From Candidatus Heimdallarchaeota archaeon (lineage in GTDB: Archaea > Asgardarchaeota > Heimdallarchaeia > Hodarchaeales > Hodarchaeaceae): a DNA stretch of 64,000 nucleotides. The stretch is from positions 6,737 through 70,736 of the forward strand of contig DXJL01000113.1 in the NCBI GenBank assembly GCA_019057635.1. The letters run 5' to 3'. Below the pieces are notes generated by a model. The model was not told where the DNA came from. It ran no database searches and saw only the letters and a program-made list of their open reading frames with translations. Position numbers and translations under genes: made by a program. Below are positions 27,157-37,798 of the stretch, piece by piece; the first letter of the stretch is position 1; each line of letters begins with the position of its first letter.

Positions 27157-29707
27157 AAAATTCCATTAGGTTGACCTGGCCTGTAGATAATTCCTCGAGG
27201 TCGATATCTAATGCTCCTATTAATTGTTCAAAAATAGTATCAATCATTGATCTATAAGCTTTTATATCAATCTTGGATTTTTGGGACATAAGTTCTAAAG
27301 CGGTGACTCTATCGGAATTTTTAGTCTTTACAAATCTAATAAAGCGTCCAGATTTTATGAACTCAGCTGGTACAGATTTATTTAGAGGTTTATTATGACG
27401 CTGTTTTTGAAACATCTCCTCCAGCTGCCAGGCTGCTTTTACATGTTGTGCATTTACTGCGTACTTATGTAAAGGTTGTGTCATTTGCATAGAAATAGCA
27501 AGATCGTCATTTGAATATTTCCCTTTTTCTAATTTTCGATACACGCCACCAATATACTCTTTAACACGAGCTTCTGCAGCATAAAACTCAGGTTCCGATT
27601 TGACCTCTGATAACCTCTTTAATACATTTTTAAATGCTTTTTGAAGAAATTGTGGTGTATTCCGTTTTTTTCCCATTAATCCCTTTACATCAATCTCTGA
27701 ATTTGGATAAACACCAAAATAATTTTTCTTGCGTTGAGAAAGAACTACATAACGATAGGTCTTTTCTACTTCAAGACCTACTCCCAGTGACTCTTGACTC
27801 CAATTTATTATCTCTTGAATTTGCTCTTGTGTTGGGGATAGAAGAAAAACGGAGTCTGTATCTCCATAAAGAACTTTAATGTTTAAACTTTGAGCTTTGG
27901 AAATTGTCCGCTCAATAGAATCTCTTCCATAGGCAGTAGTAGCATCAGCAACAGGAAGACAGTATAAGAGAAAACGATCACTTCCTAAAACACCGTAAGA
28001 TGCATTAATTAAGACTTTAAGGCTTCTTTCCAGTATTTTATAATAATCCTGCTGAATTGACTTCTTTTTTGATTCTGGTTTCAACCATTGAACTCGAACA
28101 TCTTTTATGAAACCGATAGTATCAGCGATAATTCCACGTTCTTTTTGACACACCCAATAGTTAGTTTGTGGAACTTTATTTTGTTTACATTCAGAATGAT
28201 TACATAAAATTGTTTCATAGCTTAAATTAAAGGCACTTATGATGGAAGGGTAAAGAGAAGCAAAATCTAAAACAGTAACATCAAAATGAAGCCCTGGAAC
28301 TGGATCAATCACTGTTGCTCCTTTGTATTTTTTTCCTTTGATAATTGCTTCAGAACTTCTAAATATATTTTTTTCTTTTTGAATATCCGCTGCATTGGGG
28401 ATCAAGTATTGTCTACGACGATGTTCAGAATAAAAAAGGCTCTGTACCCAATTCGATACTGCTGTTCTTGTTAAATCGTCAATGGGAGTACGTGTTATAC
28501 GAGAGAGTACAAATATCAATTTCAGAGGAGTTTTATTATCAAATAAGAGAAGTTCAAGTGTTATTTTCGCATCTCTTACACAATAGTGTATTAACTCCCA
28601 TTCTGTAAGTTGAGCAATCTCTTTTTGAAGTTTAATCTTTCCTACACCCAACAATGCTGATGCAATTGCATTTAGATTGGTTTCCTGATATTTATTTCCA
28701 AAAGCATAAGTACGAATGGCCACATTCTGATAAAACCGATAAAGATCAAGATGAATCCCATTTCTTAGGGTACATTCTCTATTACGCCTATTCCAAATAA
28801 TAGGGCTAAACTTATTGACCTTTAATTCTCTAGCACGCTCATTTAAGTAAGGAAAATCAAAGTTATCCCCATTAAACGTTACACAAATTGGATAATTATC
28901 TAGGATCTCAAATGCTCTTTTCAATAAATCTGCTTCATCCTTAAATCGAACTATGTCGATTGATTGAGAATCATTGTCAATTTCTTGACCTTTTTCTACC
29001 TCTTCTCTCTCTAAAACGAGAGCAAAAGCACCATTTGAATTATCAGAGAAACAGATGCAGGTGATCCTATGTTTTGGATCAGACGCTTGTGGAATCTGGT
29101 TTTCAGTATATTCGGTTTCAATATCACAAGACAGAATTGGAAAATCTGGTATTTCTTGCGTGAAATCGATGATAAAATTATTCAAGAGGCCTTCATACTT
29201 TTCTAGGTGAGTCATTACCGCTGTTGGAAGCGTTAAATCAGAGTTTTGAGTACCTGGATTGAAGAATTCCTTTTTTTCTACATTCCATCTGTATTTCCTA
29301 CCTGGGACGAGTTGTTGGTCATAAAGCCAGTTACGATGATATTTTATTCTTGATTCCCAAGTTTCTCCTAATATCTCTCTTACCTTCGGAACTTCACTGG
29401 GAGTAGGCGTGAATATTTGTGTAAACGTAGAATCTACATTGTGTAGTAAATCACGTTTTTCAATAGTAGCAAGTCGCTTAATGGTTCGTGAAGATATATT
29501 CCTTGCCTTAATATCTTGAATGGATTCACTACTTAAACAATACGGTTCATGGTCAAATGGATCTGTAATATACACTATTTTACCTTTCTTGATATCAAGA
29601 AACTTTATTCCTGCTCCGTTGCTCTTCGCATCATAGACAGTGCTTAACAATAAATAATCTTTATTCGCTTCCAGATTAAAATTATTTCCAGGTTTAATTT
29701 TACTCAT
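27149..29707 (-). CDS. polB: Family B DNA polymerase
   Basis: Exo I LSCDIETEY, motif C KVLYGDTDS and motif A DFASLYPSII are present. The protein is 852 aa with no intein-sized insertion. Confidence 0.9.
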   Translation of the reverse strand: MSKIKPGNNFNLEANKDYLLLSTVYDAKSNGAGIKFLDIKKGKIVYITDPFDHEPYCLSSESIQDIKARNISSRTIKRLATIEKRDLLHNVDSTFTQIFTPTPSEVPKVREILGETWESRIKYHRNWLYDQQLVPGRKYRWNVEKKEFFNPGTQNSDLTLPTAVMTHLEKYEGLLNNFIIDFTQEIPDFPILSCDIETEYTENQIPQASDPKHRITCICFSDNSNGAFALVLEREEVEKGQEIDNDSQSIDIVRFKDEADLLKRAFEILDNYPICVTFNGDNFDFPYLNERARELKVNKFSPIIWNRRNRECTLRNGIHLDLYRFYQNVAIRTYAFGNKYQETNLNAIASALLGVGKIKLQKEIAQLTEWELIHYCVRDAKITLELLLFDNKTPLKLIFVLSRITRTPIDDLTRTAVSNWVQSLFYSEHRRRQYLIPNAADIQKEKNIFRSSEAIIKGKKYKGATVIDPVPGLHFDVTVLDFASLYPSIISAFNLSYETILCNHSECKQNKVPQTNYWVCQKERGIIADTIGFIKDVRVQWLKPESKKKSIQQDYYKILERSLKVLINASYGVLGSDRFLLYCLPVADATTAYGRDSIERTISKAQSLNIKVLYGDTDSVFLLSPTQEQIQEIINWSQESLGVGLEVEKTYRYVVLSQRKKNYFGVYPNSEIDVKGLMGKKRNTPQFLQKAFKNVLKRLSEVKSEPEFYAAEARVKEYIGGVYRKLEKGKYSNDDLAISMQMTQPLHKYAVNAQHVKAAWQLEEMFQKQRHNKPLNKSVPAEFIKSGRFIRFVKTKNSDRVTALELMSQKSKIDIKAYRSMIDTIFEQLIGALDIDLEELSTGQVNLMEFFS

Positions 29708-29928
29708 CTAGGAAACTCCTAGGTCTCTAAGACGCCATTGAATGATTGATAACCTAATAGCTTATACTGAGATTACATAACTTTTATGTTTTTATCCTAA
29801 AAAATCATTTTTTTTCACCTAAAAAATTATTAAAAGGAAATTTTTTAATTCCTTCATATATATTCCAATCTAACACTCATAAATCAGTTTGCAGAAGCAA
29901 TCATTGGTCAAGATGGAAGTGAACACAT

Positions 29929-30273
29929 TTGTCTCAAGGAGAATTAAATGCTAAAAAAATTGAAACTTTGACCAAAGTAGCTAGACTTCTAGGTGATCAG
30001 ATTCAGGCTCAGAGTAGAGCAATAAATAAGATTCAAAATGAAATTGATTGGATAAAAGAATCTCTTAAAAGAATCACTAATGAAGAATTACCTGTAAAAG
30101 CTGAAGTGTTCCAAACAGAGGATGATATAACGCCTGAAATCATACAAGCTCAGGAACCTAGCGTTATTTCTTCTTCAGAAGAAGAAATAGATAAGACTAC
30201 ATCAAAAACTAAAAAGCGACCTTCTGAAAAAGAAGAACTTCTACAGGCATTAAAGATCATTGATAATCTTTAA
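29929..30273 (+). CDS. Hypothetical acidic coiled-coil protein
   Basis: The ORF is clean with a heptad-like N-terminal half and a Ser/Glu-rich tail. No motif was recognised. Confidence 0.3.
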   Translation: MSQGELNAKKIETLTKVARLLGDQIQAQSRAINKIQNEIDWIKESLKRITNEELPVKAEVFQTEDDITPEIIQAQEPSVISSSEEEIDKTTSKTKKRPSEKEELLQALKIIDNL

Positions 30274-30313
30274 AAATAACTCAGTGGACTCGTGAAGAGT
30301 CTCGAAATAAAAT

Positions 30314-31987
30314 CTAGCGTAGAATATAGCGTACAAGTTGCTTAATATCTAAGGGAATCCCTTCTTTATTCCCTAATATGGTATTAGTGTAAGATCCGAT
30401 TAGATCTGACCATTCCCATCTATCCAATTGGTATAGTTCTTCTTCTGGGGATTCTATCACTTTGATGATCCGTCTATCAACATAATCATTCAATCGTCTT
30501 TGTAAATCCAATCTCTTTTCTGCAGGAATCCCTAGGATTTGGCTAATCTTTTCCTTTGATAGTGGTTGGTTGGTTCCCAGAAGAAAGAGGATCCAATTAT
30601 CAGGAGACGCTAACAACGCTTTTACCACAGGACGGAGGTCTATATCCATCCCAACTGAAACACCACCTGCTTTCATCGTGATTTCTTTGGTAACTTTGTA
30701 GCTTAGCTCTTTACCCCCATCACCTTGCTCTTTTAAATTCACAAGGCGTTCTTTTAACAGATTAACTTCCTCACGAAGATTTGCAATGTCAGATGTTATT
30801 ACCATACTGTCAGAGCTTTCTTCTAAAATTTCAGGTGAAACTGTTCCCCCTTCTCTCAACAGATTCTTTAATTTTTCATTTTCTTGTCTTGTATCGATTA
30901 AAATTCTTTCAAATTCTAATAATTTCTCAGATAAGTCTTCAGCGAGTCGTTCATCAATTGCCCTGGACCAAGAAAGTTTTTCGTGAGTACTTTGTGTTGT
31001 ACCTACAAGCTCTACTTCCAAATCCTCTTTGATTGCTTCTAATTCCTTTATACGAGCTTCTTGGCTCAATATTTTGTCTTTCAGCCTGTTTACTATCGAT
31101 GCAGTATTTAAAATGACCTTGTTATCATCCACATTTGGAATTCGATAAACGGGTACTACACTTCCCCTATCCCAAATAGATGCGGTTTCATACCTAACCC
31201 CCAACTTCTCAATCAACTTAGCAATTTCACGAGTTTCATCATTATATCTGAACATGAAAAGATTTTCCTCATCACCCTCAAACCTGTACAATCGAGAAAA
31301 TTTCAACCAGATTGTGACAAAATCCAAAACATCTTGTTCATCTTTACATTTGGAGACAGAAAGGATTATTTGGGGAAAACTAGCTTGGAATTCTCCAGTA
31401 AACGCTTTAACAACCGCAGAGCAAAGCTGCACGGGAATTTTAACATAAAAACCTCGTTGATTCTGTGCAAGTTCGCCATCAGGACACAAGTTCACATCAA
31501 AAACAGAATCAAATGTTTCGATAAAACTCTCAATTTTTCCTCTTTGATCAGTTTGGTAGGTACCGGTCTGAAATACATTCTTGGATAGTGTAAATAATCC
31601 GAGAAGCTTAGCTAAAGAATTGCTCTTAGTTTTTACGGGAAGTTTTATTGGAAGCTGGCTCTTTTTATTCCCTATACTAGTGACTGTGAAAGAGGTCATA
31701 AAAAGTTCGCGTTCATTTTCAACTAATATGCGAAGTGTTGACAGAGGAATGGTCATTTTTGGATTTGAACGGTATCGTGACCATTGTGTTCGACTAACAA
31801 CTGGACCCAACGCTTTTTGCATTCTACTATGTTGGAATACGAATCGACGCCCAGCTAATGAAAGATTTACTCTGGCCTCGTCTGGAAAGTTCTTTAATGA
31901 CAACCATTCCTCGATTTCATGATCCATATCAAGTCTTGATCGTCTCTTAAAGACTTCTTCATGTAATTCTAATTTTTCGGACTCCAA
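30314..31987 (-). CDS. Hypothetical 557-aa protein with a central coiled coil and a C-terminal winged-helix-like domain
   Basis: The ORF is long. The C-terminal segment is wH-like (ISQILGIPAEKRLDLQRRLNDYVDRRIIKV). No catalytic motif was recognised. Confidence 0.3.
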   Translation of the reverse strand: MESEKLELHEEVFKRRSRLDMDHEIEEWLSLKNFPDEARVNLSLAGRRFVFQHSRMQKALGPVVSRTQWSRYRSNPKMTIPLSTLRILVENERELFMTSFTVTSIGNKKSQLPIKLPVKTKSNSLAKLLGLFTLSKNVFQTGTYQTDQRGKIESFIETFDSVFDVNLCPDGELAQNQRGFYVKIPVQLCSAVVKAFTGEFQASFPQIILSVSKCKDEQDVLDFVTIWLKFSRLYRFEGDEENLFMFRYNDETREIAKLIEKLGVRYETASIWDRGSVVPVYRIPNVDDNKVILNTASIVNRLKDKILSQEARIKELEAIKEDLEVELVGTTQSTHEKLSWSRAIDERLAEDLSEKLLEFERILIDTRQENEKLKNLLREGGTVSPEILEESSDSMVITSDIANLREEVNLLKERLVNLKEQGDGGKELSYKVTKEITMKAGGVSVGMDIDLRPVVKALLASPDNWILFLLGTNQPLSKEKISQILGIPAEKRLDLQRRLNDYVDRRIIKVIESPEEELYQLDRWEWSDLIGSYTNTILGNKEGIPLDIKQLVRYILR

Positions 31988-32172
31988 ATTATTACCTCAC
32001 CCTGAAGTGATCACGATATTATAATGATCTTCTAATCTTATTTATTAAGCTAACAAATTCTTTCTTGAATGATAAATGTTTCTTTTCTGAAGTGTTTATA
32101 TTAACTAACTAAGACTGCACCAGTGGCACAGTCATGATTTTTATGGTTAACGAAATTTATTTGAGCTAGTTT

Positions 32173-32949
32173 ATGATGATTGATTTTTACTTGGCACTAT
32201 TAGATCCCATTTTTGACTTATTCTTGCTCATCTGGATATCATTAAATGATATCCTTATCGATCTTGTTGAGACTTTTGGAGTTTGGGGGCTTATATTCGC
32301 CATGGTTTTTCAATCCGTTGTTGCTCCAATTATATCTGAAGCAGTACTGACTGCAGCAGGATTTGGGTTTTATAATGCCTATGGGAACGAAGGTTTATTT
32401 TTAGCTTTTATTGGAGGGTTTATTGGTTCTCTCCTTGGAGCAGTAATCGCATTTTATATTGCACGGGGAGTACAATCATTATTGAGAAAGAAGATAGTTG
32501 ATGTTTACGGAACTAGAAAAGAGGACTCAGATTCTGAACTTAATCAAAGGAATCCACGATTAACACGATTAGCCAATTTCCTTGCTCGGTTTATTGATGA
32601 AGATTCCGAATACTTTTTTGATTTAATTGAAAATCATGGTTTTCTATTTGTATTAATTGGACGCCTAGCTCCATTTATCCCCTTTGATGCTGTTTCTTAT
32701 GGGGCTGGCTTTACTCGGATAAGTTTCTGGAATTATTTTATCCCAACAATTATTGGAACGATTCCCAGGGTCTTATTTTATATTTATTTGGGTGCAGAGT
32801 TAGTTTCATGGGCTGAAGAAGATTTAAATATTTTCTTTCTAATCCTTTTAGCCTTTGCCCTAATAATATTCAGTTTATATATGATGAGTATGCGTTTCCT
32901 AAAAAATAGGATCGGAAGAAAACGGGATATTGATAAATCTCATAACTAA
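32173..32949 (+). CDS. DedA/VTT-domain (Tvp38/TMEM41/VMP1-like) membrane protein
   Basis: It is a multi-TM protein. GRLAPFIPFDAVSYGAGFTRISFWNYF matches the VTT/DedA re-entrant loop signature. Confidence 0.5.
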   Translation: MMIDFYLALLDPIFDLFLLIWISLNDILIDLVETFGVWGLIFAMVFQSVVAPIISEAVLTAAGFGFYNAYGNEGLFLAFIGGFIGSLLGAVIAFYIARGVQSLLRKKIVDVYGTRKEDSDSELNQRNPRLTRLANFLARFIDEDSEYFFDLIENHGFLFVLIGRLAPFIPFDAVSYGAGFTRISFWNYFIPTIIGTIPRVLFYIYLGAELVSWAEEDLNIFFLILLAFALIIFSLYMMSMRFLKNRIGRKRDIDKSHN

Positions 32950-33056
32950 TTAAATTAGTGGAAAATACGTCTCAAAAATAAAACATCAGGGAGTTTATGA
33001 ACCCCCTCCCTTGCTTGAAAATCATATCGGCTATAAGTGAATATTTATAGACCTTT

Positions 33057-33434
33057 TCACATTAGAATAGCGTCTACGGTTCCACTTTGTCCAGGACGAG
33101 AAGTTACACGAGCTTTTCCTTTATCAGTTTGAATAATAGCTCCCTTAGTAATGATTTTTCGTCGAGCAAAGTCTCTATTTGCGGGATTAGCTTCAACATC
33201 TAGTATTTCTACTTTTTCAGATGTTTTTTTATCTGGATGAGAGAGATTTGTGTATTTATGAGCTAATAGACGAATTTTTCGATTTCCTCCACGTGTTCTT
33301 ATCATCTTACTTCTTTGATCGCTAAGAACTGTGAGCGCGGGTGGGCGGGATAGATCCCGTTTTTTCTTTTTAATCGCTGTGTGATAACGTCCACCGCTGG
33401 GTTTACGAACGGACCGTTTTTGTGATCGTGCCAT
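33057..33434 (-). CDS. rps8e: Ribosomal protein S8e
   Basis: The N-terminus MARSQKRSVRKPSGGRY is S8e-like. The protein is basic and 125 aa long. Confidence 0.8.
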   Translation of the reverse strand: MARSQKRSVRKPSGGRYHTAIKKKKRDLSRPPALTVLSDQRSKMIRTRGGNRKIRLLAHKYTNLSHPDKKTSEKVEILDVEANPANRDFARRKIITKGAIIQTDKGKARVTSRPGQSGTVDAILM

Positions 33435-33512
33435 TAATATCTCCTCTGATTGTTATACGCAAGAGTATATTAGAAAGCCATTTATGTGGGCTTCTTCAAT
33501 ATTTGGGCAATC

Positions 33513-33839
33513 TTAACTTCGCTTATATCTTTCCTCTCTTTGCCTCTTCTTCCTGTCAAGATATTTTTTCGACTTCTTACGCTTTATTTTCTCATGGGTG
33601 ACTATTTCATCATTTATCTGAACACGTTCGTAAGCCGCTTTGCTTGCAGATATAACAATCCATGGACTTTGAGTTGAGCCAATCGCTTCGACTACGTCTC
33701 CAAGGGATTTTGATTTCCCTTCTATATCAACATATGCTTTAGATCCTATTTTAGGTAAATTTATTCCTTTCAATTGAACAAGTACTTTTCCTTGTGTCTT
33801 AACGGTGCATTTACCGATTCGCATGGATGAGGGTGTCAT
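33513..33839 (-). CDS. gar1: H/ACA ribonucleoprotein component Gar1
   Basis: A small beta-barrel core (IGKCTVKTQGKVLVQL...LGDVVEAIGSTQSPWIVI) carries a Lys/Arg-rich tail. Confidence 0.6.
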   Translation of the reverse strand: MTPSSMRIGKCTVKTQGKVLVQLKGINLPKIGSKAYVDIEGKSKSLGDVVEAIGSTQSPWIVISASKAAYERVQINDEIVTHEKIKRKKSKKYLDRKKRQREERYKRS

Positions 33840-33976
33840 AAGATTTCCCAGTTAACGTGAAATTGTGAATCATCTTTCAATATTTGCCTTGCATTTGTTA
33901 ATAATCTCTTATTGGTTTTTTTGTGACAAGGAAGAAAGAAGAAAAACTAAATTTATCAGTTTGTACTTCCTAAGTA

Positions 33977-35221
33977 ATGTGGAGAAAACAAAGTATGAAT
34001 TCCTATGATGTCATTATAGTTGGGGGAGGGCCAACAGGTCTTTCTACTGCCATTACAATAGCAAAAAAAAGTGATCTCAAAGTCTTAGTTTTAGAAGAGC
34101 ATTCTGAAATTGGAAATCCCCTAGCTTGTGGTGAGGGAATTTCCACAGAGAAGTTATTAACATTAAAAAATATGCCTCGGGTTTCCCAAGAAACTAACGG
34201 TTCGATATTAAAATTTCAGAAAGAAGAATCCTTTATCGAACGTGAAATTATTTCACAGCGTTTTTTTTTTGGTACAACAGGTGTAGCTACCTCAAATGTG
34301 AATACAGTAACAATTAATCGTCCTTTATTTGATAAGCTCCTCGCAAAAGAAGCTGAAGAGCACGCAGCAACAATTCAATTAAAATCCCAAGTCCTAGGAA
34401 TCACAAAGAAAAATCAAAATTTGGAAGTAAAAACTCAAAAAAAAACTTTTTCGGCTCCACTGGTAATTGGATGTGATGGCCCATCAGCCCACAGTGTACA
34501 GATGATGAATTTGTCACCACCAACTGAGTATGTACAAGGGATAGAATATAAGATTGAGGGTGTATATACTGATGCATTAGATTTCTATTTTAATTTTAGA
34601 GAGTTCCCTAAAATGCATTATGGGTGGGTTTTTCCTAAAAAATCACATACAAACGTTGGGATTGTCACTGATACAGCTTCTAAACCGAAAGAAATGCTAG
34701 TAAAATTCGTAGATTATTTAAATAATTCAAATATGAAAAAAAGTGCAGTTCTAAAAGAAATTGCTGGAATTATACCTGCTAGTGGCCCTATTCCTAAAAA
34801 ATATTGCGATAATTACATGGTAGCGGGAGATGCAGCAGGAATGACAAATTCTATTTTTTATGGGGGAATTGCTATTGGTATTCACGCAGGAATGCTTGCA
34901 GGAGAAACTGCAATCAAGGCGCATGAATCTCAAAGATTTGACGATGAGTTCCTCTCGAAATATCAAATACGATTGGATTCTTTTCCATATTCGGATCCAG
35001 TGATTCAAAAAGCTCATGAAATATTATATAACAAATTGTCACCTGAAGATATTGAAACATTTGGGACTCTTTTAGATGGCTGGGATATAACAACGATTTC
35101 TAGCTTTCAAAAAATAATTTTACTGTTAAAAGCGTTGAAAAAACCTTCCACGCTTAGGCACATCAATGAGGTTCGTACAGTTGCATATGGCTTTAGTAAA
35201 AGCCGAGATTGGGGATTCTAA
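33977..35221 (+). CDS. Geranylgeranyl reductase-family FAD-dependent oxidoreductase
   Basis: The FAD fingerprint is YDVIIVGGGPTGLSTA. LACGEGIS is a GGR-type Cys motif. The roughly 410-aa length fits. Confidence 0.6.
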   Translation: MWRKQSMNSYDVIIVGGGPTGLSTAITIAKKSDLKVLVLEEHSEIGNPLACGEGISTEKLLTLKNMPRVSQETNGSILKFQKEESFIEREIISQRFFFGTTGVATSNVNTVTINRPLFDKLLAKEAEEHAATIQLKSQVLGITKKNQNLEVKTQKKTFSAPLVIGCDGPSAHSVQMMNLSPPTEYVQGIEYKIEGVYTDALDFYFNFREFPKMHYGWVFPKKSHTNVGIVTDTASKPKEMLVKFVDYLNNSNMKKSAVLKEIAGIIPASGPIPKKYCDNYMVAGDAAGMTNSIFYGGIAIGIHAGMLAGETAIKAHESQRFDDEFLSKYQIRLDSFPYSDPVIQKAHEILYNKLSPEDIETFGTLLDGWDITTISSFQKIILLLKALKKPSTLRHINEVRTVAYGFSKSRDWGF

Positions 35222-35359
35222 CTAGAATTACGACCAGAATAGCACCTTTACATTGTTAAGTCAAGACTTAATAATCCCATGTCGGTCAGTGGAAAAATGT
35301 CAGAACTCGTCAGAAAAAGCCAGTAATAACTCTAATAATACATACGAGGAATCTTAGAA

Positions 35360-35506
35360 ATGAAAAGTAATGCAAAAGCCTTCATTGCCTTTAGTATGGG
35401 AATAATTCTCCTTGCTACTGCAATATCAGAGGGTCAATTTGGAGACATTGCTGATTTGATAGTAGAAATCACTTCAAGTGCAATTGCAGGTATTCCAACA
35501 CCATAG
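35360..35506 (+). CDS. Possible 48-aa small membrane protein, not in the ORF track
   Basis: The translation MKSNAKAFIAFSMGIILLATAISEGQFGDIADLIVEITSSAIAGIPTP has a hydrophobic helix and sits directly upstream of the 4Fe-4S membrane protein. Confidence 0.2.
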   Translation: MKSNAKAFIAFSMGIILLATAISEGQFGDIADLIVEITSSAIAGIPTP

Positions 35507-35515
35507 GCGATCAAA

Positions 35516-36427
35516 ATGACATGGCACAAGAAAGGCAAGGCAAATTTGACAAAACTCCGTCTTCTGAGGACTTTTGTTCAATTTATTATGTTTTTATTAA
35601 TGAATTTATCCTTTTTTCTAATTGGTGCAACTTGGCTAGTTTTACCAGTAGTAATGCCCAAATCAATATTCACCACTTCAGAAGGGGCATTTGATCTCCT
35701 TCAGCGTATGCTTACTACCGCTATTATTCCATTAATTCCACTGGCGTCTTTTTTCTTGATTGGAGCCGTTTTTGGAAGGATGTTTTGCTCCTGGGGATGC
35801 CCATTCGGTTTATTTCAGGACATAATTGGTTTCTTAACCTCTAGATTCAACAAATATGAACCTACAAAAGATACAAATGATAGTTATAGACAGATAGGGG
35901 AATTCATTGTTGGAGGAACTGTTTTGGTATCAGTTGTGATCGGTATTGGGATAGGATTGGGTGATGCAGAACAGGTAAAAGCATCTTTTGGGGTTTTTTC
36001 TGAGCAACCTTGGACAGCTTTAAGCCCCGCGACTTTCTTGTTTACGGTGATTCCTTTACTCTTCTACTGGGGAACTATTGATACCTTTTTTAGTTGGGAG
36101 ACGTTTGTTCAAATAGATATATTTTTCTGGATTCGCTTTTTAATCTTCGCAGGAGGGTTAATACTTATCATTTACGTTCCCCGAGGTTGGTGTCGATGGT
36201 TTTGTCCTGTAGGAATTATCATGGGCCAATTAGGTAAGAATTCTATGATAGGCGTTGGTAGAAACATCTCAAAATGTACCCATTGTGGTATATGTGAAGA
36301 TGTTTGTCCAATGGGTGTTCGAGTATTATCTCATCCTCCAGAGAAAGTTCGAAGTGAGCATTGTACAAATTGTCTAGATTGTGTTGCAGCGTGCCCTGAA
36401 GATGCTATGGAAATTAAATTCCTCTAA
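35516..36427 (+). CDS. Membrane-bound 4Fe-4S polyferredoxin-like protein (NapH/MauN-like)
   Basis: TM helices are present. The motif FCSWGCPFGLFQD and a second CRWFCPVG are followed by C-terminal ferredoxin motifs CTHCGICEDVCP and CTNCLDCVAACP. Confidence 0.6.
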   Translation: MTWHKKGKANLTKLRLLRTFVQFIMFLLMNLSFFLIGATWLVLPVVMPKSIFTTSEGAFDLLQRMLTTAIIPLIPLASFFLIGAVFGRMFCSWGCPFGLFQDIIGFLTSRFNKYEPTKDTNDSYRQIGEFIVGGTVLVSVVIGIGIGLGDAEQVKASFGVFSEQPWTALSPATFLFTVIPLLFYWGTIDTFFSWETFVQIDIFFWIRFLIFAGGLILIIYVPRGWCRWFCPVGIIMGQLGKNSMIGVGRNISKCTHCGICEDVCPMGVRVLSHPPEKVRSEHCTNCLDCVAACPEDAMEIKFL

Positions 36428-36468
36428 ATTAGTACACAAATGCTTTCTTTGAACGGAAAAGATTCTTC

Positions 36469-36717
36469 TTAACCCCAACGAAGGCGATCTATTTCACGAT
36501 CTTTCTTCAACTTCTTCTTTATCTTTCTGTAGTGATCGCTGCATAAATGTGCTTTAGTTACTTTATCTTTAACTGATAAATTCAGTCCAGCTTCTTTAAT
36601 TGCAGCACCAGCTTTTTCTTTCGAAACAGTTTTCTTGCTCTCATTCGAGCAACCTTCTACATCGCAATTTTTCTTTCCTGGAATTTCTCTCACATCGCTC
36701 TCAAAATTCTTTTTCAT
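36469..36717 (-). CDS. Small Lys-rich protein with a putative zinc site
   Basis: CDVEGC...CSDH may bind zinc. It overlaps the upstream KaiC-like gene by 4 bp. Confidence 0.3.
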   Translation of the reverse strand: MKKNFESDVREIPGKKNCDVEGCSNESKKTVSKEKAGAAIKEAGLNLSVKDKVTKAHLCSDHYRKIKKKLKKDREIDRLRWG

Positions 36718-37469
36718 AAATAAGGGGCAAGTTCAATATGACCAGGACTAGGTTGAAAAGAGAATTTGGCATTTTCTAACTCTGATAGTGACATTCCAGG
36801 AACCTTTATTATCTGAAGAATGTCTGTTGGAGAAGGTTCTTTGCCATCAGAAGTCTCTTTTGTTAACCTGAGCACTCCATCACAATAATGTTCCACAGCT
36901 TGTATTATACGAGGAGAATGAACATCTCTGTGAAGTGTTAGAATACTTACAATTCCCATTTCCTTATCAGTGGCTATCTTATGTTGTAAAAACGCCATTG
37001 GCGCTTTGAGACTTTCTGATACAAGTAGGATTGTTGTTAATGAATCAAGAACACCACGAACAGGTTGGGAACGAACGTGCAGTAATGCTCTTCTAATTTG
37101 ATCAGTTACTTCCCTAGGTTGTGTAATATCACGAATAACATTTTCTCCTGCAGTACTCGGTCTTCCTTCAGAATAACCAAAAGGATTTGAAAAAGCGTCC
37201 AAGAAAACAAGTCGTTTTGTTTCAAATGTAACTTCAGAAATATTATAGGGAACAAATAGAGGGGAATAATGCGAGAATAGATGCTCTGTTGATAAAATAT
37301 ATCCATATTCACCTGTTCTTAATCCTTCAGACAAAAACTGTACAAGAATATGTTCTGTATTTATACCTACTTCATCTTCCACCAATATTATGGATCCACG
37401 AGGAACCCCTCCACCTAAAGCGTCATCTAAGAGCGGAATTCCAAATTTAGCGCGATCTTCCATTGACAT
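36714..37469 (-). CDS. KaiC/RadB-like RecA-superfamily domain protein with a degenerate Walker A, a probable pseudo-ATPase
   Basis: FGIPLLDDALGGGVPRGSIILVEDEVGINT aligns with the KaiC/RadA GIPGLDELLGGGLPRGS...GPPGTGKT, but the P-loop is replaced by EDEVGINT. Confidence 0.55.
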   Translation of the reverse strand: MSMEDRAKFGIPLLDDALGGGVPRGSIILVEDEVGINTEHILVQFLSEGLRTGEYGYILSTEHLFSHYSPLFVPYNISEVTFETKRLVFLDAFSNPFGYSEGRPSTAGENVIRDITQPREVTDQIRRALLHVRSQPVRGVLDSLTTILLVSESLKAPMAFLQHKIATDKEMGIVSILTLHRDVHSPRIIQAVEHYCDGVLRLTKETSDGKEPSPTDILQIIKVPGMSLSELENAKFSFQPSPGHIELAPYL

Positions 37470-37798
37470 CTTCTAATCTCCACACTATTCTTTCCTGATC
37501 AAGTAATTTAAAAATCTGTAAATATCTGATAATATGTACTTTTTCTCTTTTTTCTTTGTTTGATGCTCAGTCTTGTTCATTTTCGATGATTTAAGAACTA
37601 CCTATATCGTGACCTTAAAAGACTGTCTGTTTTACTTACCAGAAAGTTGAATATATTTGGCTTAATAAGAGGTAGATTAATTATCTGGCAATTTATAAAT
37701 AAATTTAAACAATTGCTTACTTATGGTTTGTAGTAGACTCTCTGAAACACTAAAATAAGGAATGATGCGAACTTAACAATTGTCGGAGTCAAATACGA

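Noticed and set aside
30314-31987. LAGLIDADG homing endonuclease or mobile element next to polB
   Set aside because: LAKLLGLF...-like segments lack the conserved acidic residues. No intein is present in the adjacent polB, and there are no flanking repeats.
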